A DNA stretch of 64,000 bases from a virus (taxonomy: Duplodnaviria > Caudoviricetes): IMG/VR virus record IMGVR_UViG_3300028833_000053. One strand, given 5' to 3'. Positions within the stretch are counted from its first letter, which is position 1; each line of letters begins with the position of its first letter. The notes under the pieces are model-generated. The model worked only from the letters and a program-made list of their open reading frames with translations, was not told the DNA's origin and did not search any database. A program made the translations under genes and the position numbers. Below are positions 43,101-51,799 of the stretch, piece by piece.

Positions 43101-46100
43101 TTCAAGGTCATAGGTGGATTGATTCTCATTGCCCTTGCAAGAATCGCGTTGAAGAAGTGGAAGGAGGCGTATATGCCTCCGACCGACGGCTCCACGATGA
43201 CCATATTCGGATTCCAGATTCCCGGATGGGACACCATAAAGGCAATTGGAATAGGCATATACAATTTCGTCACCGTGGGATTGATGAACCACTATGACAG
43301 ACTCAAGTTGTTCTTTGGAAACCTTCACAACCAACTTTTCGGCAAGAAGGGGGCAATACGAAGCATGGCGCAGGTTCGCCACATATTGCGCAGAATAGTT
43401 TGGGCGTGGATTATCGGACAGACGAAGAAGGCCGCGCGCGGCCTTTGCGACTGGCTGCTTGACATCTTGGCAGTCCCCTTGAACGCCTTGGCTCCTGGCG
43501 CGGGGCTTGTGTTGAAGTTCCTCATCAAGCTCCTCCCGGAAATATACTCGTTCATCACCACCCAGATAATGCTCTTGTGGAGCAAGAACAAGCGCGATGC
43601 GGAAGAGGCCGAAACCGCGGAAGCCGAAAGCATTGGAATGGCCGTCAATTCGGGAACAACCACGGCGATGAGCATGATAAGTTCCCAGCTCAAGGGTTTG
43701 TCCTCTGGGGTGAAGCCATTCAAGAACCAGGCGGCGAACCTACCCGGTCTTGAAACTCAAAAGGGTCCGAAAGGAAGGGGCCCGAAGAAGATGGCCATAA
43801 TGCGCCGCTTCCCAATCAAGTATTACAAGTCCTTTGACAAGGCGAAGAAGATGCAGAACAAGAAGTTTGAGTCTGACATGGAGGAGAACAAGCAGAAGGA
43901 CGAGAAGCGCATAAACGGCGGGGACGTTCTCATCAGCCAGATCGTCGAGGACACGTCAAAGATAAACCAGGCGGTTGACGAATTTACTGGAAGTATTGGA
44001 ACGTGGATCCATAGTTGGGACAATGAGAAAGTTGCGAAAATAAGGAAGTATGCCCCGAAAGAATATGAAGATGCAGACAATCGGGTGTTGGCAGATAAGT
44101 GGAAATGGGATAAAGAATTCAAATAGAAGGTAATTCATAATTACACGTCGTCGATTAGTCAGGAGATATACAAGAGAACCATAGTGGTGGAGCTGAACAA
44201 GGTTTCCGCGTACATGAACGCGCTTGGAAAGTCCTAGAGATTCAAGAACGTGAAAGGTCCGCTGTATGATCCAGTCAAAGGGTGGAATCCTGGATACAGG
44301 GTGTATGCCTCCGATTTGAAGACGGCGATTCCATTCAATCCGCTTGAAAAGATACACAGCAAGGCCGACATTCCAATTGGCGAGCCTGCGAAGGCCGAAG
44401 CCGATTCAATTGGTTGGATGCCCTTCAAGTGGATTTCCAATGGAGTTCCCGTGAACGTGCATCCTATAAACTGGGAATTGGCTAGGGCGAACGCCATATG
44501 GAACTTGTATAACTGGTTGATGAAGAACCGTTTTCAGAACAATTTGAACAATTGGAACACAACCAACATTGAAGATTTCAAGAAAGCCATTCTTCCAGAC
44601 GTGTTTGCCGACTGGAGAAGCTGGAACCAGCCTGTTGGTGATCACAGAAGCGAAGCCACATGGGGCAAGGCATATCCGCCAGAGACATATCAATATGGCG
44701 ATCAATTCGTACGGTTCATAAATGCTTTCCGCGCTGGCAAGATAGATCATGGGAACAACAATCTTGACACCGCGATGAAATTGAGAGACCCGACGTATCT
44801 TGAAAAAATGTTCGACAAGATGCACAAGAAGTTGGGCGACTATGGCACTGCGGCGGTTTCCGGCGCTGCCATAGGTGGTGCTGTCGGTGGTGCGGTTGGA
44901 GCCGTTGCTGGTGCGGCAATAGGTACCGCAGCGGTTGGTGTGTACAAGGGCGCAAAGTGGGTTGGACAGAAGATGGACGACTTGCAACGCGCTTTGTCCT
45001 ACGACCAAGATCCAGACGGAGAGGAGGAAGAATAGACGGAAGAAGTGGAGGAAGAGCAAAGCAGCGTTCCTCTCATAGGTTGGTTGATAAACGGCGTCAA
45101 GAAAGTTGTCAAGGTCATCAAGAAAATCGTCAAGAAGGTGAGCCGCAAGGTCGCAGCCCTCAACCGAATCAAGGAATGGCGCGGCAAGACCTATTTTGGG
45201 GTTAACTATGGTGACATCCGCGATTTCATGATTGACACTGGCGTTTTGCAGTTGTTCAGTCAGGGATAGATCATCAAGCCAGTCCAAAAGACGATTCCTC
45301 TTCTGGACAAGCTCATTGACATGAAGGTGATAGGGAAGGGGTCAAGCGTGGAGGATGGCAACTCGATGCATTCTCTCATGGAGGCTTTCTTCGCATACAA
45401 CCGCATTGAGGGATATGACTGGAAGAAAATGCAAAATGACGAGAGGGCGCAGGCTGCTTTCGCCCAGTCCCTTTTGGAATATCTCGCCTTGAAGGTCATT
45501 CCTCAGTGGAACATAGTTGAAAAGCTCCTTTCAAACGACGTTACGAAGAAAACCGACGAAACCAAAAAGGCGATGGATGAAGGTGTGCAGGTTCTTGCAA
45601 ACTTGCTTTCATTCAAGGGCATAATGGAACACCTTTCAAAGCATCTCCGATTCCCCAACATGAAGGTCAAGGTCATAGACTTCTCCAATGCAAGGGACGA
45701 TCACGACAGGGAGTTGCTTGAACAGTTCAGAAAAGACCAGGGAATTCCCAACAGCGATGAAAAGAACCAAATACTTGCACAGTGGCAAGGCGTTTGGTCG
45801 AAGATTCCAAGCATGAACGATGAGGAGCTTCAAGGCAGCTTGGATAACTTGAAGAAACTCATTGGGGTTGCGGCATTTGAAGCGAAGTACACCGGAGAGT
45901 TCACTTACGAGAAGCAGTTGCGCAAGTTCTACACCGCCATGATAAAGGAGAAGGACGAGCGTTTGAAAGCACAGGCCGCAGGTGACAAGATTGTTCAGAA
46001 GCCGGGTGGGATAGAGCGCGTCATGGAAGGTCCGCCGCCGAAGACCATGTTGGAAATGGAGGAAGAACGCAAGGCAAAGGAAGCCGAGGAAGCAAGAAAA

Positions 46101-46598
46101 GCGGCGGAAGAAGAAGAGAAGCGCAAAGCCGAAGAGGAAAAGAGGCTGCAAGAGGAGGCGAAACGCCAAGAGGAATTGAAAATTGCCCAGGCGAAGATTG
46201 CCGCCATGGAAGCCATCAAGAAGCAGGAGCAGAACTACGAGAACATCTTGGAGAAGATGGTGCAAGACCCATCAACGGTGACTGATGAGGAATTGAAGTC
46301 ACTTGGTGAAGACGTGAAGAACTTGAAGCAGGAAGCAGAAAACAGGATTGCACAACTGCCAAGAGAGGAAAGGGAAATGAAGCTGGCGTTGATTCGCGGC
46401 GACAAGCTTTCTGAAAAGACCTTCGCCGAGTTGAAGGAAACCGCAGTGGGGTTGAGTGGAAGTCTACAAGCCTACATCTAGGAAGTGAACCAAATTCCAG
46501 TTGGCTCTATAATGGCAATATAGGAAACGCCAGGAACGCCAACAGAAAGCAAGATATAGTTGCAAGACTCCGACAATGTGGATATGGGCGACGAATAA
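40155..46598 (+). CDS. Giant tape-measure/baseplate-hub-like protein (2147 aa) with a KPxxE repeat tract
   Basis: One frame interrupted only by 12 TAGs (40206, 41097, 41544, 41550, 42816, 44124, 44235, 45033, 45267, 46479, 46521, 46557), ends TAA; coiled-coil-like and hydrophobic segments, glycine zipper. Confidence 0.8.
41373..42152 (+). repeat. About 52 tandem KPxx(E/Q) pentapeptides (15-nt period)
   Basis: Register is kept across the two TAG codons. Confidence 0.9.
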
Positions 46599-46629
46599 AA
46601 AGACTTGGTTGGATAAGCCAAGTCTTTTT
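46597..46629. terminator. Bidirectional-type terminator hairpin
   Basis: AAAAAGACTTGG...CCAAGTCTTTTT; TATAAT follows at 46632. Confidence 0.75.
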
Positions 46630-46654
46630 AGTATAATTGAATGTGACGATTTAA

Positions 46655-46685
46655 TGCCCTATAGTGTAACAGCAGCACAGGGCAA
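46655..46685 (+). pseudogene. tRNA remnant: acceptor stem and D-arm only
   Basis: TGCCCT...AGGGCA stem enclosing GTGT-AACAGCA-GCAC. Confidence 0.5.
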
Positions 46686-46691
46686 ATTGAA

Positions 46692-46781
46692 TGAGCAGTG
46701 GTGTACGGCTTGCACAGACGGTCTCTAAAACCGTGGCTTCTGAAGCGAACGGACTGGGTTCGACTCCCAGCTGCTCAACCA
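46692..46781 (+). tRNA. Amber suppressor tRNA (anticodon CUA), long variable region
   Basis: Acceptor TGAGCAG/CTGCTCA + A + CCA; D-stem GTGT/GCAC; anticodon arm ACGGT-CTCTAAA-ACCGT (CTA at 46725-46727); T-arm CTGGG-TTCGACT-CCCAG. Confidence 0.92.
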
Positions 46782-46795
46782 ATTTGGAGACTGAC

Positions 46796-47083
46796 ATGGA
46801 AAAGAAAATTGACTTTGAGTTATTGACTGTAATTGACGAATCCATTGGTGATTCGGCAAGTTATGTTGATGCACTGGACAAGGTTATCAAGTGGGAGAAG
46901 GAGAATCGTGGATTGAAGGGATTCCATGTTTCCGCGCCTCTTGACGTGATGTGCGGAACAAGGAAAGTGGAAGACCCCGAAAAGGAAGCCGAGGAAATGG
47001 CGAGGGGTGTTCTGTTGATGCATCGCGCAGGGGCGTTGGGGAAATGGAAGGAAATCTCAGGTGACGAATTGGAGAGGATGTAA
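46796..47083 (+). CDS. Hypothetical protein
   Basis: SD GGAG after the tRNA; likely start 46796. Confidence 0.7.
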   Translation: MEKKIDFELLTVIDESIGDSASYVDALDKVIKWEKENRGLKGFHVSAPLDVMCGTRKVEDPEKEAEEMARGVLLMHRAGALGKWKEISGDELERM

Positions 47084-47085
47084 AA

Positions 47086-47334
47086 ATGTTTAATTTGTTC
47101 TATTGGGGTTTGTTTGGAAGTCATTTGGAAGAGGAATGGGAGCGCGAACATCCTGAGGAATCCGCGGAGCAGAAATACATTGAACAGCGTTGGGAACTTC
47201 AGGCGCAGTTGAGGAAATACCCAAATGCCAGAACCACAATCCGGATGCTTGACAAAGAGAACTACCGCACGTATGTTAGGCGAATGCTGGAGATTGGCGG
47301 TTCAAGGTCGATAAAGCAGTTTGAGGATATTTGA
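47086..47334 (+). CDS. Hypothetical protein
   Basis: Operon packing. Confidence 0.65.
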   Translation: MFNLFYWGLFGSHLEEEWEREHPEESAEQKYIEQRWELQAQLRKYPNARTTIRMLDKENYRTYVRRMLEIGGSRSIKQFEDI

Positions 47335-47337
47335 GAT

Positions 47338-47406
47338 ATGAGACGTGTGTTTGTAATAAGAAAGGATTTGCATCTGAAGCCCGGCAAGATGGGCGCGATG
47401 GATTGA
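47338..47406 (+). pseudogene. Orphaned 5' end of pth2 (MRRVFVIRKDLHLKPGKMGAMD*)
   Basis: Closely matches the N-terminus of the 48665 gene. Confidence 0.8.
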
Positions 47407-47427
47407 TTTTGTAGTAAAAACTACACA

Positions 47428-47487
47428 GGACAGATTGACTCTAATCAATTTTGGCTAGGTTTGCATAACGCCTAGCCATTACTGTTT
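47428..47487 (+). ncRNA. Putative three-way-junction regulatory RNA (C4/CI-like)
   Basis: P1 GGACAG/CTGTTT, P2 ATTGA/TCAAT, P3 TGGCTAGG/CCTAGCCA; loops complementary to downstream sites. Confidence 0.5.
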
Positions 47488-47554
47488 TAGACTAAAATGG
47501 TAAATACTTATAAACTTGTTAGAGCAAGGTTATAAAAATAAAGGTAATTAAGTT

Positions 47555-48655
47555 ATGCATCGTTATACTCAAGAAGAATTATAGTCTATATTTTAGGACT
47601 AGAAATTGGGTGAGGAAATAATTCCTCATATTAAAAACAATAAGATAGATATTGTTTTGTGGAATCAACGATATAAGCAACAATGGAAATAGATTTAGAG
47701 ACAGATGAAGAAGGGTTTATTGTGTCCGGTTTGTGGCACAATACTATTTAAGTTTTATGAGAAACATTTAGCACAGCATAATCTTACTGTAAAATAGTTA
47801 TATGATTAGGTATATGGTATAACTGAATCACCCAAATGCCCTGTGTGTGGAGAAGCAACAGAGTTTGTTAAGAACAAATGGTTTTATCGTAAATTTTGTT
47901 GTAATGCTCATTAGTGCAGAATTATAAATGAGACTGACGGATTGAGGAACGGATGGACTATTGAAGATATTAGAAATCATAATTCCATGATAATAGAACG
48001 TGGAAGAAAAGTATGCGATATAGTCAATAAAAAATATGGAAGTCAGTTTTCAATAAAATTAACTGATGAATAGCGTCTTAATAGAGGGTTAATAAATGAT
48101 GATGACTATTAGGAGTGGCAGACATAGTAGAAGTTAAAAAAATCAGAAGCCGGAAAACTTGGAGGGAAAAAATATTCTTCGTTATATGGATATAAATTAT
48201 TGAAGACATGGGGTTACAAAACGAAAATATTTTTGACTGAAAATAAATGGTTCATGCTTGAATCTTAGTAGGAATTGTTTCATTTATTGAAACGTGTATT
48301 TATCGACGGAGATAAGATTGAAACTATGAGTAATGCAATATTTTTAGAGAATACGACTAATTTATTTTCTGGAACAAGTGCTTTTACGGATTTGGTTATA
48401 GATAATAATGGAATAAAAACAAATTATGAAGTTCATTGTATAGATGATGAAGACACTATAAAAAGAAAACGATATTGTTCTGAATTAAATGGATATGAAT
48501 TTGTATTGGAAGATATTACTTTATACACATATCCGAATGGAAAATACATTGACCAATTAAGATAGTTTATAAATGTAGATGAAATTTATGAAAAGTTGAA
48601 ATATGAAAATAAATGTGGTAATGTATTTGTATTGAACTTATATGATTATGTATAA
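47555..48655 (+). CDS. Zinc-finger plus PD-(D/E)xK-like putative endonuclease (366 aa, 15 TAG codons)
   Basis: Two CPVCG motifs, KFCC; C-terminal ES..E...FTDLVI...YEVH; GGTAAATA at 47499-47506; ends TAA. Confidence 0.7.
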
Positions 48656-48664
48656 TTATTCAAT

Positions 48665-49243
48665 ATGAGAAGGGTTATCATAATACGTAAAGATTTACAC
48701 CTCAAAGCTGGTAAATTAGCTGCTATGTGTATGCACTGTGCAGAGGCATATTGGACTAACTTGATGAAGTCATCCGTTGTCATTGACAACGAGTTCATGA
48801 CTTTGCCCGCATGGGAGAACTATGGAAATGGAAAAGTGGGACCGGCCCTCTACAAGCACCCAGGACTTTACAAGTTGTCTGAAGAGGCTTACAACCGTGG
48901 GGAGAAGTCCTTCACCACAACGAGGGAAAACGCCCGTAAGTCCGTGACGGTCACGATGGAGATTCCAAAGGACATTTGGGAAGGGTATGTAAACGACATC
49001 TTCACAAAGACAATTTGCGAAGCACGCAACTTGAACAACTTGAAAACGAAGATTGAGCCGGTTGTGCAGGAACTTGGATTGGTTGAGGGGATTGATTGGG
49101 GCTACATCAACGATTGCTGCAAGACGGACTTGACGCCCGAGAACGAGGATGGCACTTGCACGATTGGTGCGTGGTTCAAGCCATTGCCTGACGAAGACGC
49201 ATTCAAGATTAGCAAGAAGTTCAAGCTTTACAGGGATGATTGA
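48665..49243 (+). CDS. pth2: Peptidyl-tRNA hydrolase type 2
   Basis: IIIRKDL..AGKLAAMCMH, FTKTIC, IND..KTD, TCT.G..KP. Confidence 0.75.
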   Translation: MRRVIIIRKDLHLKAGKLAAMCMHCAEAYWTNLMKSSVVIDNEFMTLPAWENYGNGKVGPALYKHPGLYKLSEEAYNRGEKSFTTTRENARKSVTVTMEIPKDIWEGYVNDIFTKTICEARNLNNLKTKIEPVVQELGLVEGIDWGYINDCCKTDLTPENEDGTCTIGAWFKPLPDEDAFKISKKFKLYRDD

Positions 49244-49264
49244 TTCCTGTATAATTGGACTATT

Positions 49265-49585
49265 ATGAAAAATATTCTTTTAGTTGCCGCCATTATGTTT
49301 CTTGGAATGGTCAAGGCGGAGACCAACATAAAGCCATCGGACACCAATGACCTTCATGTTATCATGGTGTCGAAATCCCAGTGGACAGACATCAAGAACA
49401 ACGTTGACACGAATGGGTTCTGCAGAATTCCAGACCAACATGCGGCCATCGTGATTACAAATGGTCTGCCTGATGTTGAACTGGTTGTGCCGATGCTGCG
49501 TCCAATTGGAAGGGGAGCGGATAGAAATCCCTACTACAACTATCGGAAACAGGAACCACTTCCATATGTGGGTCAATTATATTGA
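49265..49585 (+). CDS. Hypothetical protein with signal peptide
   Basis: MKNILLVAAIMFLGMVKA. Confidence 0.65.
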   Translation: MKNILLVAAIMFLGMVKAETNIKPSDTNDLHVIMVSKSQWTDIKNNVDTNGFCRIPDQHAAIVITNGLPDVELVVPMLRPIGRGADRNPYYNYRKQEPLPYVGQLY

Positions 49586-49602
49586 TGTAATGGAGAGAAT
49601 AA

Positions 49603-50244
49603 ATGAAAAAATTGGTATACATTGTTTTTGCATTCTTTGCGCTGGTATTTGATGCAAATGCCATCAGTTTGAACTGTATGAAAATGCGTAGTATAAATTC
49701 TGGCGGTAGCTCTAATCAGAAGGGAATTTTCAAGGATTGTTTTTCAAGGCACTTTTACGAAATCAAAATTTCCAATGTCTCCCCAGAGGAATCTCAAAAA
49801 ACATATTCGTTGCGTGTTCTTCCATTCCTTAAGGTGTGTAAAGGTGGTTTTGCATTTCCATATTTTCCTGGGATAGTTGAATACACAGATATAAAATTTG
49901 ATTCAAAGAAAAGTTTTACGTGTGTTTATTATTCGCCTTTGACTAAATGGACAAAGGATACTTGGCCCGGAGTTTCTGGGGACTGGTCTAAAGGTCTTGT
50001 CAACTACACAATTGCAGTGGAACTCATTGAATCTGACAAAGACACTCCAGTTAGGTTTTGGACAAATAGTGGAATGTCGTTTATTAGAGGGGCGAAGTCC
50101 TTTGAAGATGGCAAGTCCAAATTAAAGAGAAAATACATTGAGTGGCTTGAAAATGAAATTGATTCAAAAGTCAAGGAGTCTTCATATTGGGATGAGGATG
50201 CCAGAATAGAAGCGGGTGATTGGAAGTCCAAGAATGCAGAATAA
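49603..50244 (+). CDS. Hypothetical protein with signal peptide (AT-rich)
   Basis: MKKLVYIVFAFFALVFDANA. Confidence 0.7.
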   Translation: MKKLVYIVFAFFALVFDANAISLNCMKMRSINSGGSSNQKGIFKDCFSRHFYEIKISNVSPEESQKTYSLRVLPFLKVCKGGFAFPYFPGIVEYTDIKFDSKKSFTCVYYSPLTKWTKDTWPGVSGDWSKGLVNYTIAVELIESDKDTPVRFWTNSGMSFIRGAKSFEDGKSKLKRKYIEWLENEIDSKVKESSYWDEDARIEAGDWKSKNAE

Positions 50245-50348
50245 ACTACATTCAGATTCCGAAAATGAATCACCGTGATTGGTTGAAGTGGGGATTGGGG
50301 CTGAAGAAATTGTAAATATTTTTTCAGTTGCTTGGAGGATATTGTGAA

Positions 50349-50987
50349 ATGCGCATTGGAATCATGAAGAAAATAGTTACGGCTCTGCTATGCTTCGCTT
50401 TCCTCAGTGGAAGCGGGGATGTATTATTGTGGACAGTCGATGGAGATGCAACAGTTGATGGGGGGGGGGAATCATCTGTATATGCCCTTTTGTCGCCTGT
50501 ACCTGACGATGATTTGCATAATCCAGCAGCAAGGGTAAAGATAAGCGGTGGCGGTTTATCTTCTCCGATATATCTTGACAACTATTCTTTTCCAGATGAA
50601 GATGCAGATACAATGGAATTGGATGTTGGTGGTGGAGAATTTGGTGTTTGGGTAGGAGACATAGGTGGCTATTATGGTGTAAAGCTTCAACAATCTCATG
50701 TTCCAACTGAACTTGCGATGGAAGTATTATATTCAATTGAACTTGGTAGAATGGATTGGGATGACGATACATATATGTCTGGGGCGTTTCAAGTTTTGGC
50801 TGAATCTGACAAATATACATATGAACAAGTTAGGCAGCATATGTATCCAACGTTTGATTTGTATCCACCAGTTACTGACTGGAAGCCAATGAGGTATTAT
50901 ACTACGCCAGAACCTTCATCCGCCCTTCTTTGTATAATTGGTTTTGGAATGTTAATGCTTAAAAGGAAATCACATGAAGCCCGATGA
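50349..50987 (+). CDS. PEP-CTERM sorting-domain surface protein
   Basis: Signal peptide; C-terminal TPEPSSALLCIIGFGMLMLKRK. Confidence 0.85.
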   Translation: MRIGIMKKIVTALLCFAFLSGSGDVLLWTVDGDATVDGGGESSVYALLSPVPDDDLHNPAARVKISGGGLSSPIYLDNYSFPDEDADTMELDVGGGEFGVWVGDIGGYYGVKLQQSHVPTELAMEVLYSIELGRMDWDDDTYMSGAFQVLAESDKYTYEQVRQHMYPTFDLYPPVTDWKPMRYYTTPEPSSALLCIIGFGMLMLKRKSHEAR

Positions 50988-51128
50988 CAAGTTGAATTGG
51001 AAGCCGATTGACAACGGCAAGACGGAAGAGCCCGTGAATGAGAAATATGAAGAAGAGGATGACGAGTTCATTCCCTCCACGAACAAACGTGATTGGGTTG
51101 CCGTGGACAATATTTGAGGGAGATTTCC

Positions 51129-51323
51129 ATGGGCAGAATAAAGTTCAGGTACAATGACGAGAACAAGATGGAACAGGTCATCGAGTACAACACCAACAGC
51201 GTGATGGATGCGTTGAAGAAGTTTGAGAATGACTTTTACGAGGACAAGGCATATCCGCCAAACTCCGACTCTCCAATGATAACGCACATGGACGTGCTTG
51301 ACAAGAACTGCAAGATTTCATGA
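51129..51323 (+). CDS. Hypothetical protein
   Basis: SD GGAG. Confidence 0.6.
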   Translation: MGRIKFRYNDENKMEQVIEYNTNSVMDALKKFENDFYEDKAYPPNSDSPMITHMDVLDKNCKIS

Positions 51324-51718
51324 AACTGTACACGTCATATTTCGCAAAGGTAAAGCCCTTGCAAGAAGCGGGACACAACAACTTGGTTTGCGTTGCAGGA
51401 TATGCCCCAAAGTTCTTCTATGACACGCCACACGCCAAGTTTTATCCCGACCTTGCCCCCAAAAGGTGCTGGTGGAGAGTATGGCACGACAAGTTCAAGG
51501 ACAACCCAAGTTCCCCGGAGTCTATTGAGTGGTACACGAAAATGTACGTCGAGACCGTGCTTTCCAAATTGAATCCAACAAACGTGGTTGGGGAATTGGG
51601 TGATGGCGCAGTCATGCTTTGCTACGAGAAACCTGGTGATTTTTGCCACCGCCACATCATAGCGAGGTGGCTATCCCAAAACCTTGGCATATCTGTTGAA
51701 GAAGTCAATTTCAGTTGA
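51320..51718 (+). CDS. DUF488-like protein
   Basis: LYTSYF, LAP, LCYEKPGDFCHRHIIA.WL. Confidence 0.75.
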   Translation: MKLYTSYFAKVKPLQEAGHNNLVCVAGYAPKFFYDTPHAKFYPDLAPKRCWWRVWHDKFKDNPSSPESIEWYTKMYVETVLSKLNPTNVVGELGDGAVMLCYEKPGDFCHRHIIARWLSQNLGISVEEVNFS

Positions 51719-51760
51719 TTTTTCTTTAATTATAAACTTCTGTAATTTCATCAAACCCCA

Positions 51761-51790
51761 TTGACATACGATGGGGGTTTGTGCTATACT
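51761..51790 (+). promoter_or_regulatory. Sigma-70 promoter within an inverted repeat
   Basis: TTGACA-N18-TATACT; AAACCCCAT...ATGGGGGTTT. Confidence 0.7.
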
Positions 51791-51799
51791 GTATGCGTG

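Larger units (their letters stand above)
47401..48727 (+). mobile_element. AT-rich homing-endonuclease-like cassette inserted in pth2
   Basis: Abrupt AT shift; flanked by the duplicated pth2 N-terminus; boundaries approximate. Confidence 0.7.

Noticed and set aside
3547-46598. Fragmented ORFs as pseudogenes or sequencing errors
   Set aside because: All breaks are same-frame TAG only, repeat registers are preserved, and a CUA tRNA is present
46692-46781. tRNA-Pyl or tRNA-Sec
   Set aside because: It shares the CUCUAAA loop with tRNA-Pyl but has a canonical TTCGA T-loop, D-loop GG and a long variable region. The anticodon is not UCA, and no pyl/sel genes are in the window
46691-47083. ORF starting at 46691
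   Set aside because: Its 5' part is the tRNA; the SD-supported start is 46796
47410-47487. A second suppressor tRNA (CTCTAA loop)
   Set aside because: 6-nt loop, no TTCGA and no tRNA acceptor/D geometry; better explained as a regulatory RNA
47401-48664. Group I intron in pth2
   Set aside because: No recognisable catalytic core, and the downstream pth2 has its own complete start, so splicing is unnecessary
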